Below, piece after piece: positions 1-11,400 of a stretch of 64,000 nucleotides of DNA; the first letter of the stretch is position 1, and each line of letters begins with the position of its first letter. The position numbers were made by a program, and so were the translations under genes. This DNA comes from Zancudomyces culisetae HAW-14-8 (lineage: Eukaryota > Fungi > Kickxellomycota). A model generated the notes under the pieces. It was not told the origin of the DNA. It saw nothing but the letters and a program-made list of their open reading frames with translations, and did no database searches. The stretch spans positions 3,286,001-3,350,000 of the forward strand of contig JBNJNM010000021.1 in the NCBI GenBank assembly GCA_052426225.1. Reading direction: 5' to 3'.

Positions 1-1
1 A

Positions 2-133
2 CGAAAGCAAGAGGAAGTGGACGATGAAGTTTTTTACAGTAAAAAGCATAGTTTGGTATTCCAAGAGGCAGAGAACCGTAAATGGACAATTATGTCAGTT
101 TTACAGTATCTTTTATCTTCCAAAAACCAGTAA
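2..133 (+). CDS. ARG3: Ornithine carbamoyltransferase, 3' end (gene starts before the window)
   Basis: Frame 2 reads [43 protein letters not shown], the OTC C-terminal signature (R..EEVDDEVF...VF.EAENRKW). Stop TAA at 131-133. Not in the ORF track. Confidence 0.93.
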   Translation, partial: RKQEEVDDEVFYSKKHSLVFQEAENRKWTIMSVLQYLLSSKNQ

Positions 134-485
134 AAAAGTTTGTTCAAACACATATTTTTTGATGTGAAGCAGTCAGCTTTAGTTTTGCATTTTTATGAAT
201 AAAAAAGTCACAGTATCATGATGAAGTATAGCGTAAAATTATAGCTAGAAATACACACGATGCAAGCTAGAAAGTCTGAATGGTATTAGTTGCTTTTTAT
301 GTGCTGTAAAACAATCGATCTCATAATTTTAAATCATTTTTTTTTATTCAAGTTTGTTCATGGCTGTAAAAAAAAGTGGATGAAGGTAATGTAACTATTT
401 CAACATCCCAATAGCTTTATTATTTTTTTTTTATAGGCAAGGCACATAGAAATCAAGTAGAAATCAACAGAAGGTAAGAAAAAAA

Positions 486-2236
486 ATGGGAGTTCAGCAA
501 CGGAATCCAGTTATAGATTCAGCGGAGTTTATATGCAAGGTAAAGTTTCAGTAGTTAGGAATGTAAAATCAACTCACCAGAAAAATAGACAAAGTGTGAA
601 TGTATATTTTATTCTTGGTTTGATTATGTGTGCTTTAACCATTACGAAACCCGAGTATCTAGTATTGTCAATAAATTTAGATACATTTTTTATTTTCACT
701 TGTTTTATCTTTTTATACTTTATCATCAGAATAGTGAGAATGTTCGAATCGTCGAAGAAAATATCGAAAAGGCATCATTGAAGGTAAGTGTGAACGGGAA
801 ATAAAAAAAAGATATAAAAAAACAAACTGAAGTGGTCTGGATTTATCAATCCTGGGAGATTATGAAAACTTGTATCATATACCAAGCAAGACAATGTCAT
901 GGCATAAACATTTCAATTACAAGGTGAGCTGTGGTAAAATAAAACTAGATACTCGATGGATTTAAAAAGCAAAGGTATTCTGCAGAAACATGGAAATCAC
1001 ACGAATTGAACCCCAAGGAGTGTGGTAGTGAGGCTATTGAATGGTAATGTATAAAGCGATTAAACATTTGGTACAGATAGTAAAATATATATGTAGACAA
1101 GCCAAAGATGTTGAATTATAGGTAAATATAAATTAGGATATTTGTGGTTGATGCATTGAACTTTTGCTTTTGGAGCAATGAGGGGGTAAAACGGCCTAAA
1201 AAGGAGACGGATGCAGAGAATAGCAAGAGAGGATACAACGAAAGTGAGTCGAAAAAGAAGTACACTGTAACATTTGAAGGGAAACGCTATCAGGGATACT
1301 GGACGCTGTGTGCTTGCATTAATCGAGGTAACTACTATAAATGTTTTAAAAATTTCTTTGTTCAGTAGTATGCTTCATGCTGATGTATATGTATATGTCT
1401 ATGTATATGTATACTAAAAACAATACATAAATCAATGACATTAAATAGCCCTAAAAAGTGGAATTAAAATAACAGATGCAAACTATTACTCAAAGATAAC
1501 GCTTCAGGAACTACAACAAATATTTATGGGAGATGAAGGAGACCAAGAGATGGAGCAGATTCAAATGTTAGAGGAAAGATTGCGGGTTCTTCATGAAATG
1601 GGAACGGTATTAGTTGAGAAATATGGAGGAAAATTCAGTAATGTAGTAATAGAGGCGGGTGGATCTGCGCAAAAACTACTAGAGCTGATATTAATGGATT
1701 TTGGGTCATGCTTCCGGGATGCTTGTGAATACAAAGGGAGGACAGTAATGTTTAACAAGCGGGCACAGATACTTGTGGCGGATATTTGGGCAAGTGGTAA
1801 CCTGGGGTTGCGGAAACAAAAGCCAGGAGAAGAGAGTGAGGTGGAAGGAAATGCAGGAGATGACATCGAATACATAACAATGTTTGCAGACTATCGAGTT
1901 CCCCAAATACTTGTGGGACTAGGAGTGATGGAATACTCTGAAAGACTACTTCAACGTTTGAATGACAAAATAACTATGGAAAATGGGGATGAGATGGAAG
2001 TGGAAATAAGAGGGAACAGCATTATGGCGGTTGAGAAGATCAAAGATTGGATAAACAAGAACGTTGATATACACTCGCTAACATTGGCAACAAACCCAGT
2101 ATATGTGGATGAGAATGTTAAGGGGGGGAAAATCAATTCAGTTCTAATCGATTTTTACCTGTGGGACTACGCTAAATCACATAGCAACGAGCTGAAGGAC
2201 ATTCCCATCCATCTAACTAAATCAATATACTACTGA
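486..2236 (+). CDS. QNG1: Queuosine 5'-phosphate N-glycosylase/hydrolase (DUF2419/C9orf64 queuosine salvage protein), 5 exons
   Basis: Exons 486-539, 730-783, 949-1043, 1137-1327, 1449-2236 join in frame through GT-AG introns. Motifs: W..HELNP, WIFVVDALNFCFW, GYWTLCACINRAL, KRAQILVADIW, TMFADYRVPQIL, EVEIRG, IDFYLWD, PIHLTKSIYY. Confidence 0.92.
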
Positions 2237-2406
2237 AAAAAAAAAAACAAGATTTGCAATAAAGAAAACAAGTATAGAGTGTTTTCAAAGGTTTATTTAG
2301 GATACAAAATATTGTTTTTTTATGTTGTTGTACTTTTCCTAATAAAAGATACAAAAATAAAATAGAAAAAAGATGTGGAAACGGGGAGTAAAGATAAAGA
2401 AATGAA

Positions 2407-4080
2407 CTACTGTTCAATGGCATTCAGGCGCTCTACAAGAGGAGGATGAGAATAATGATAGGCAGAGTATAGAGGGTCAGGATTGACGTTGCCCTTGTTC
2501 TCCAAGTGCAGTTTGATAAGACCGTCTCTAAGAGGTTTGGCATAGCCCAGACTCTTTGAGTAGGCATCTGCTTCAAATTCATGTTTCCTGGACAGTTTGT
2601 TGAAGATGAAAGTGACGAGCGAGTCGACTGGTTGATATAGATACTGGTATAATGTGAAGCCGATCAAAATAGGCTGGGATGTAGTGAAGTTAAAATCGGA
2701 GTACATCTTTCTTTGAGCAACAACAAGACTGAACAGATAGAAAATGACAAAGAGCTGAAGCTGGCCAAAGATAAGCATTTTTACTACATGACTCATTTTC
2801 CAGTGACCAAGTTCGTGAGCCAAAATCGCGCACACCTCTTCCAAATTGGTTTGCTTAATCAGAGTGTCAAACAATACAATTCGTTTGTTCTTGAAGAATC
2901 CGTACATGTATGCATTACTGTGTCCTGATCGCTTGCTTCCATCAACAACATATAGCTTCTTGAGAGGGAAATCTACGCGGGTGGCTAGCTCCTCAATCGC
3001 TGTGCGTAGCTCACCTTCTTCCAAGGGTGTGAATTTGTTGAACAAGGGCTGGATAAATGTAGGATATATAGTGATTCCAATAAACTGTACAGCCATCATA
3101 AACACCATGACGTACAAATAAAACCTTGTGCCAGTCATTTTAATGACCCACAACAATCCACTCAAAACTAATGATCCAAATACTCCAGTAAGAGCAAGAG
3201 TTTTGAAAAAGTCGCCGAAATATAAGCCAATGCTTTGTTTGTTGAATCCGTGCTTTTCTTCAATCACAAATGTTCCATAAAGATCGAATGGAATGTTTGT
3301 AAGCGAACTCATAACAGATGTGCTTACAAAGAACAAAACAGACTGTGTGATTTCATACTCTGGGCCATATCCAAATATCGATTCCATTATTTTCCCTGTG
3401 GCTTGCCAGATCCATGGCAAGATATCAAACTGAAACACTATTGTTGTCTTGATTTGCTCGTAAAGGGATTGCACTATTTTCAAGCTGCTCTTATCAAGCC
3501 CATACGCGTTGGCCTCAAGGAAAGACTGCAAGGAAACAAATGATTTGATTGCTTTGGGTCGGTTGATCTTGTGCAACATGTCTCTTTGTCGTACATCAAG
3601 ATACGCCTCCCACAAATATGCTGCCCATGAAAATGTGAGTATAATTTTTTTGTATTCCAATTGGCTCAAAAACTCCTCCAGAATACCTGGAAAAGTCAAA
3701 AGAAAGCCTTTTGCCTCTACAATTATCTCGCTCATGTTTGTTACTACATATACCATTTTGCTCGGAAAGTTCATCACAATCTGTGGCATGCCCATAATAA
3801 GACCTGGAATTTTGTATACTAGATCATAAACAGGTGCTAAAACGGGAAAGATGTTTGGCACACTAGTCCCTAACAATGCGAAAAATATGCATACCAGCAA
3901 TGAAATCGCAAGAACACCCATGTATACTCCATCGATAATGTCATCTATGGGTCCCTGTGATTTTACTATTACTGACAATCTATCAATAACTTCATTTCTC
4001 TCCAGCGACGTTTTTTCTGGTGTTGTGTTTACTGGTGCTGTGTTTTCTGCATTTTCTGCATTTTCCTTCTTCTCTGACAT
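2407..4080 (-). CDS. STE24: CAAX prenyl protease 1 (peptidase M48)
   Basis: 557 aa, multiple TM segments, FVIEEKHGFNKQ, GSKRSGHSNAY, HELGH zinc motif, EFEAD, HYSHPPLVERL. Confidence 0.96.
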   Translation of the reverse strand: MSEKKENAENAENTAPVNTTPEKTSLERNEVIDRLSVIVKSQGPIDDIIDGVYMGVLAISLLVCIFFALLGTSVPNIFPVLAPVYDLVYKIPGLIMGMPQIVMNFPSKMVYVVTNMSEIIVEAKGFLLTFPGILEEFLSQLEYKKIILTFSWAAYLWEAYLDVRQRDMLHKINRPKAIKSFVSLQSFLEANAYGLDKSSLKIVQSLYEQIKTTIVFQFDILPWIWQATGKIMESIFGYGPEYEITQSVLFFVSTSVMSSLTNIPFDLYGTFVIEEKHGFNKQSIGLYFGDFFKTLALTGVFGSLVLSGLLWVIKMTGTRFYLYVMVFMMAVQFIGITIYPTFIQPLFNKFTPLEEGELRTAIEELATRVDFPLKKLYVVDGSKRSGHSNAYMYGFFKNKRIVLFDTLIKQTNLEEVCAILAHELGHWKMSHVVKMLIFGQLQLFVIFYLFSLVVAQRKMYSDFNFTTSQPILIGFTLYQYLYQPVDSLVTFIFNKLSRKHEFEADAYSKSLGYAKPLRDGLIKLHLENKGNVNPDPLYSAYHYSHPPLVERLNAIEQ

Positions 4081-5949
4081 ATTGTTCTTCTGTTTTCTGT
4101 GCCCAGATGTCTCTGTGGTACCCTGTTCGAATGATCAGCTGTATCTCAACTATTCGGGTTGTGTTTTCAAGGTAAGAGGCGATGGATTAGCTGTATTAAA
4201 AACTGTATCGCTTTTAATCTAGTAATAAAAAAAAACAAATATATTTTTTATTGAGCTGGAAAAGTCAAAAATAGTTATTTTTAAACACACTTTTTGAAAA
4301 GTTGTTTGCTTTTATTAGGGCGGGGAAGAACGATGGAGTACAAATTGAAAATTCAGGTAAACTTGAAATAATTTTGCACAACCTTGTTCTCATGCTCCTC
4401 GGACATTTTTTCCTAAAAAAAATAAATAAACAAATAATTTGTATTTATTTGTGCTAATTTATGTGCTGGGGTCATTATCTTTTTTTTTTGGAATTCTTAG
4501 TGAGGAAAAAGCTGATGTTTCTGTTTTTGATAGGGTGATAAGTGAAAATCAACCAGATAATAAAAATACCAACAATAAACAAAGCGGTAAATCAGCCATT
4601 AATGTCACTGCTTGTGTAGAAAATCGAAAGAATTGTTCACTTTACGATTTCCATTCCTTTTAATATGATGAGAAATAGCAACACATGTTAATTATAAACA
4701 GCACAAAAAAAAAGCTAGTTTTAACCAGTCACAACTTGTAAGTTTTAAAGGACGTGAGGCTGATGAGATACGCACATTTGATATAGAAAGACTAAAACGT
4801 GAGGCTAATGTACTGAGCTAGTGTTAATACCATTTCTTGGATACCAAACCCCACTTTCAGTATTTTCGATTCCCTCCTCTACAACCCATGCTTTTATATG
4901 ACAGCACTTTTGTGAAAATATTTACTTGGATCGTCATCTCCTTTCATTTCATTTACTTCCCTTGGTTCGGCTGCCTAAGTAGCTGAATTCTTCTGGCTCA
5001 GACATTCTCTACCCAAAATACACACATATACAAAGCACTACAGAGAAGTAAAATATGTATATCTTGGTTCTATGACCTCTTTCTTGCTTGTACTGATCCA
5101 CTTTTTAAGTCCACACTAGTATCAAATAATAATTGCTACTAGACTTTTGGTAGTACAATATATACAATCCTGCGATTCGTAATTTTATTATTTTTTCCGT
5201 CCTATATGGGAAGTACGGCATGTTGCTGGGTTTATTTTTGTTTGGTTTTTTGCAATTTTCTTAGCACAGTAGGCGTCTAAATACAAAAGTGGGAGCGGGG
5301 GAGGGGGGGGGGGAGTGAATGCGGCTGTGAAAGCATCGAACACGCATCTACATATCTGCTCCTGATGGGAATTACGCAAACAGGACGTGAGTATATATTC
5401 TCATATCATCTTTACACATAATTTTTGCTCAGAATACTGTACCACTTCACGTTTTCATGACGTATACATATATTATACTTTTGTAGCCGGATAGATGAGT
5501 AATTTACATTTACATCCATTTAGGAATAGGATGTTTAACTTTTAGTAGCAGTCATTGTAATCAATAGCTTTTTGTCGGGGGGGGGTGGAGGGTGGTGGTA
5601 AAAATTTTGAGTGGATGCAATAAGTCAAGCTCCATAATAAGAATATTAGCAACATACTCAAAACATATTAAATCAGCAATGGTTAGCCCTTTCATATACT
5701 TATATGCTTGTATCGATGATATGACATCTCAGAAACATATTACTATTCTTTCTGGATGGTAGGTTGCCTTTGCCTGCATCACCATTAAAATTCAAAGTTG
5801 AATCACAGTGAGAAAAAATTTTTTTTTCATTGCACAATAAATTAATGTAAGCTTATACTCCAAAGATCGAAAACTTTATAAAAAAAATAACAATAAATAT
5901 TAACAACCATTTAGGCAAGAATAGAATTTGTACAGTAGAATTATCAAAA

Positions 5950-8421
5950 ATGAAGCTGGAGGACAAAGCCAACAAAAAGATAAAATTATCTAAGCCATCT
6001 ACTTCTCAGAGGATACCAAAAGAAGTTGTCGAAGTGGTAATAGAAAAAGTACGAAAAACACAGAAAAATACCGATGAATGTCTGAAAGCAAGTGTGAACA
6101 TAGCTGTGGAAACAAAGCTTGTTGAAACAGAGCAGAAAAGTGCACAAAAAGTTGTCAAATACCCGAAAAGTGACGGTAGAGTGACGTATAAGGAAAAGGG
6201 AACGCATGATACAGTTATCATAGCTGGTTTTAAAAAAGGCGATCGATATTTATTGCCCGAGTATGCAACAGTTGAGGTGCTTAAAGGTATTGCCGAGGTT
6301 GGCGGAATAACGCTGACGGAGAAACAGAACACAATACTACAGGTAAACTCGCTTGCTGGGATCCGGTACGAGGTAGAAGGGATAGCATCTAATACGGGCA
6401 AGGATAGTGAAATGGATAAACAAAGATATTTCGAGAAAATAAAAAGCAGTGCATTTGAGATTGAGCCTGATGTATCCTCAGAAGAGTTGATGCAACTTGA
6501 AAAACAAATAGAAATGTTGGTCGAAGAGTATAATACAGTAGCAAAGATATATACAACATTGAATCTGGACAGCATATTACCCGCGAATTTAGATAAAAAT
6601 GCGGAATTTAAAACTAGAATTAGGCAAATGAAGAATATATTCACTAGGTATAAAGTAGTTCAACAGGTACTGCCTAACGCTAATAGAAAAGGAAACACTG
6701 GAACTACATTAATAGTTTCTAATCGCTGGAAACAAGTGGCCAATAGTTTGATAGATAGCATTTCTTCGGGCAAAGATAACAAAGTGATTATGGTGAGTGG
6801 ACAGAAATCCACTGGAAAATCAACTTTTGCAAGGTATTTGAGAAATCGTATAGCTTCGGCAGGGTATGGAGGAATTGGTAGTGATCAAGCAGTGGATCTG
6901 TACTGGATGGAGACTGATTTGGGGCAACCTGAATACAGCCTTCCAGGGCTTGTTGGGCTATACAAGATCAGAAGCATTAGTGACAACACATCTACCAGCG
7001 ATGTGGCTTCCAAGCCAAAAAATGTTACTTTGACACATCCACCATTTACACAGCTGTATGATCACAATGTTGCGGGCCGTGAGGGTGGTTGCACAAGTAA
7101 TAACGAGGCAGATATGGAATATAGTGAAGTGAGGTTAGTAAAGGGGGTATTTATTGGGGCACAGACGCCGCGAGATCAGCCAAACTACTATATCAACAGC
7201 ATTGAGCACGTGATGAATGCTTACAATGAACTAGTTAAAAAAAGTGATAACTCCAATTCTGAGTCCAATTCTGAGTTTACTAGTGATGACAATGAAAATA
7301 CTCAAAATAAGAAAAAGAAACAGGTGTTGATAGTGAATACACACGGGTGGGTCAGAGGATTGGGTTCAGAACTGATGGTAGACATGTTGGATATTATTCA
7401 GCCTACTGAATCTATTCATCTGGAACTCAGTAATACTAGCACTGGGAAACATGACGCTAACATCAACATCAACATCAATTCCAGCTCCAACTCCAATTCC
7501 AATAGTGGTGGTGGTGGTGGTGGTAGTAGTACAAAGAGCATAGGAGGTACAAAACATATATATGTACCTAGCTGCACCTTATCAACCGAAAATTCCTTCG
7601 GCAACCCACACAACTTTGAAAAACAAAGACTTAAAACCCTTGGAATGCTATTATACTTTAATTACTTTTACGAAGATAGTAAAAATTTCAATGGTACAGA
7701 GTCGCAAAAAATGGCAAGCATCGAAGTGGATTTCAAAAACGTCAAACTGTATCTAGCCAACTGTGGTGTGCTTAAAAGTAATAGTTTGAAATGTGTGGAT
7801 TCTTCAATAGTTGGTATAACACTTATAGGGGACAGCGATACCTCCAATGAAACTGGTAGTAACAGCGCCGATACTAAACCTGACAATGGAAAAAAGCATG
7901 AGCAAGAAATGGAGAATAAACAGAGAAAGATTATTTCAATCCATAGAGGGTTCCCAGATATTAGAAAGCATGGAACTTTACGGGGATATGGGCAAAAATA
8001 CATATGTCACGGAATCGTTAAATGTATAGATAGCAAAATCAACAAAATGTATCTATCAGTTCCACAGAGTCAGTACCATACCATCGCTAATGCAATTGCG
8101 AACAGTGAAAATAACACTGGTAATAAAAGTACGGGCAGAATAGGAATAGTAAAAAGCACAGGCTTGCAAATTCCGATTCAAATGACAAACTTCAATGTTG
8201 GTTTTAGCATCAATAGCAATACTTGCAGGTATGCTATAATGAACATGAACATCGGGCTAGGAAATCCTCAGGAAGGTCTAATAAACGTGGCATACAGTGG
8301 CGTGGAAAACAATCAGCTGGTTCTTCCGTACCTGGCCATTGGAAATACAGAAGGAATTGGAAATACAGTATCTAAAATCCGTAAAAACTTACAAAGGAAA
8401 TCACATATTGTCTTGAACTAA
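5950..8421 (+). CDS. GRC3: Polynucleotide 5'-hydroxyl kinase Grc3/Nol9 (Clp1 P-loop family)
   Basis: 823 aa. P-loop GQKSTGKST, ETDLGQPE.S.PG, F.G..TP...P..Y, VNTHGWVRGLG, C-terminal PYL...EGIG....RKNL. Contains low-complexity N/S/G insertions. Confidence 0.88.
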   Translation: MKLEDKANKKIKLSKPSTSQRIPKEVVEVVIEKVRKTQKNTDECLKASVNIAVETKLVETEQKSAQKVVKYPKSDGRVTYKEKGTHDTVIIAGFKKGDRYLLPEYATVEVLKGIAEVGGITLTEKQNTILQVNSLAGIRYEVEGIASNTGKDSEMDKQRYFEKIKSSAFEIEPDVSSEELMQLEKQIEMLVEEYNTVAKIYTTLNLDSILPANLDKNAEFKTRIRQMKNIFTRYKVVQQVLPNANRKGNTGTTLIVSNRWKQVANSLIDSISSGKDNKVIMVSGQKSTGKSTFARYLRNRIASAGYGGIGSDQAVDLYWMETDLGQPEYSLPGLVGLYKIRSISDNTSTSDVASKPKNVTLTHPPFTQLYDHNVAGREGGCTSNNEADMEYSEVRLVKGVFIGAQTPRDQPNYYINSIEHVMNAYNELVKKSDNSNSESNSEFTSDDNENTQNKKKKQVLIVNTHGWVRGLGSELMVDMLDIIQPTESIHLELSNTSTGKHDANINININSSSNSNSNSGGGGGGSSTKSIGGTKHIYVPSCTLSTENSFGNPHNFEKQRLKTLGMLLYFNYFYEDSKNFNGTESQKMASIEVDFKNVKLYLANCGVLKSNSLKCVDSSIVGITLIGDSDTSNETGSNSADTKPDNGKKHEQEMENKQRKIISIHRGFPDIRKHGTLRGYGQKYICHGIVKCIDSKINKMYLSVPQSQYHTIANAIANSENNTGNKSTGRIGIVKSTGLQIPIQMTNFNVGFSINSNTCRYAIMNMNIGLGNPQEGLINVAYSGVENNQLVLPYLAIGNTEGIGNTVSKIRKNLQRKSHIVLN

Positions 8422-8487
8422 CAAGACAATGTTTATTTTGTTTTTTTTAGCGACGTGGTGGATGTATATAAAAGTAGCTACTGAGTG

Positions 8488-11400
8488 TTAGATAGATGGG
8501 TATAAAAAGATAAGGTTCAACATTTTTAATGCTAGGACGTTTGTTGGATCCATAGATAAAATATAATGCAGATACTGAGCCGCTCTATCATCACCCTTAC
8601 CATTACCATTACCATCATCCTCATCGTTATCACAACCTGAAAACATAGAATTCAATGATAATGTCAGATATGCCTGGATAATAACAGCATTGGAATTTGA
8701 CTGGGGTTGATGCAATACCATTTTTGCATATTTACTGGATTCTTGATACTTTTCAATGAATCTGAAACTATTGGAAAGATTCAGGTACAAAGTCGGGCTT
8801 GGCTCGATAGAAATCGCTCTTTCAAAAAGGGATATCGCCCCCATATAATCTTTGGAGTGCAACTTAAGCATCCCCGCTTCGTTTAACCAGTTAACGTCTT
8901 CGTGGACAGTCATAATATTCCTAGTATTGAGGCTATTGCCGCTAAGATGCGCCATATCCACATCTGGAACTGAATATGCGTACTCTAGCACTCGTTGTGC
9001 ATTCATTATATCCTTTAGTTTTACATATGTTCTACAAAGATTTAGATACACTTGGCGCTCCGCATAATAAACAAAACCATTCCGACCACCATTGTTTCCT
9101 CCCAAAACCATCGTTTTTAATATTTTTGCTGTCGTCTGATAGTCGCCAACCAGGTAGTATGAGTACGCCAGCGCCAGTCCTGGGTACAATAATACCGTTT
9201 CTTTGGCTATTACTGCTGTTTCCATCCCACTAATATTGCCGCTCTTAACATTGCTATTGCTCTCCATTACCGCTTCAGTGAGATACTTTCTAGCTTTTTT
9301 TATCGATATTTCTACATTTCCTCCTTCATCCAACCTAGTACTATACCTTTTGTCATTCTGATCGCCACCATTATTACCAGCCCCATAGCTACGCATCTGC
9401 TTAATTGCCAGCCCTAAATAGTAGCTTCCTATCGCATACCAACACACTGGCAATTTCAACTCTTTGCCCATAACTTGGCTTCTTGGTTCAACACCAAGGC
9501 TGCAAACATACCCAACATACTCACCAAAGCGCCTTCGTACGTTTGCACCGTATCCACCACTACCAACATGTTGTCGGCCCAACTTTCTGCCACCAAAACT
9601 GCGCGCATCAGCCATATTATTGTATTTTCGTTGAAACATTGTCAAAACCCTTTCTCGCGTTCTTCCTGTTTCGTCTAGTATTTCGGCTAACCCCCGCATC
9701 TCCTTCTCGTATCTTAAATACACGCTGTCCCTGCCACTCTCTCCTGTTGTAATTTGCTCTCTAGAAAGTTTGGATACTCCAAAATAGTCTGCCAACATGG
9801 TTGCCTCTGCGAACAAACGTTCTAAATCGTTTTGTGCTGCTAGACTTGCAACCACCACCCATTCAGACTCATTTTCTACTCTCTGCGGTAAGCTCTGGCC
9901 CCTGGAGTGTCTATTTCCTCTTACGGTTCCTCCTGAAACTAATGTTGACGACAGATAAGCCCATTTTAGTGACTCTACGTATTTCTCAGCCTCAAAACAC
10001 CTCTGTGCCTCCAGTATTGCAAATCTTGAATCGTTAACTATACCCATATGCTCACCCACAAGCTCTTTACGTGCCTTTTCAAGCAAGAGTTCGTCTGATC
10101 CTGAATTATCTCTCTCACTTGTTGCTAGTACATAGTTTTTAAAAAATCGAGCAGTCATCGAATCACCCCCACAACTTCCACTCCAATCCGCTACCTCTAC
10201 AACCAAACGCTTTTCTTCCTGGATATCTACCATCTTGTGTTTTCGCAGTCCTATCCATGCCTCTAGTGTTCGCGCATCACATTTAATCGCCGTTTCCCAG
10301 CACATCTTAACTATTGTCCTAATATCTTGACTTGTTACCTTTTTTTTTTGAGGGCCTATTAGCCCCTCCCACCCCTCAATACTATTAGATACTCGAATGG
10401 ATTCTCCTGCAATATACCAATCGAATCCCTCGCCAGCTCTTTTCTCAGTTTCACCACAAATGTCCCATCTATCGTTTTTATCACAAGTATCATCTATGCC
10501 AGTATTAGAAATATTGGTATCACTACCATTGATATGCTCATATGCACCTTTTGTACTATCCATATGTCTGTCACTCTGTGTCGGCGTGAATAAATAACCT
10601 TTGTTTTTTATTTCGTGCTTATTTCGTTTCTTCTCAATTCTTTGTATCCTTTCTTTTAACATCCCCATTCTTTCTATATCTCCCATTCTGTGTAACACCA
10701 CAACGCCCAATTTTAACATTGGTATAGAGAGCTGTTCTTCCTCTTCCTCTTGATTACCAAATATAATGTCTTCCGCCAACATATATTCCCCATTGTCCAC
10801 CAATATCTCTGCATACCTCCTCCGTTCCTCTGCTCCCTTTCCCACCAAATATCCTAGTCTGGCATATTCGATTGCCCATCTATTACTCCTATTTTCCTTT
10901 CTATTCTCAGCTATTCTTAACAACTGCTCTACCAACGCATTCTTTTTGCTATTGTTTACTATTACGCGTTTCGATATACCTGGTGTCGTTGGTACGGGTT
11001 TTTCCCCCGAATTTTGGGTTAAATGAACGCTATAATTTTCTATACTTTTCTTGTCTAGTTTGATATCCCCACCTTTATGTTTATGATTATTTTTTTTTCC
11101 TGTGGACGAAGTCAACCTCCCCGATTCTACATCAACTGCACTTATTACCGGTGTTCCAATATATTCGCATGCCCCCGGACTTCCTGTAAGAAACCTCCGC
11201 ATATCTATTGCTTTGGCAGTCTCTAAAAACCCCTTTGCTGCACCCTTTTCTCCCAGAGGTGTAATTTCCATATTGTGTCCCTCTTCTCGTTTTTTTGCTA
11301 GCTCACTCATACCCCCCACCATACGCCCACCGCTGGATCCAATACCCCTCAACCGTGTCACCCTTTCGCTTTTTAGCGTTGCGATCTTTTGTTCCATTAT

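Noticed and set aside
533-781. 82-aa ORF in the track
   Set aside because: It lies mostly within QNG1 intron 1 and overlaps exon 2 out of frame.
4760-4790. Hammerhead ribozyme-like CTGATGAG...GAAA
   Set aside because: Stem II cannot close (no G-C pair before GAAA), and there are no stems I/III.
4812-4880. Minus-strand SKILKVGFGIQEM resembling EF1-beta
   Set aside because: It is bounded by a stop codon and the rest of the domain is absent; a chance match.
5040-5048. ACAGAGAAG (U6 snRNA box)
   Set aside because: The flanking U6 sequence (AUUAGCAUGG etc.) is absent.
6006-6644. Long antisense ORFs (also 44503-45051, 46325-46894, 57379-58366, 63348-63992)
   Set aside because: They are shadows on the opposite strand of well-supported genes and have no independent motifs.
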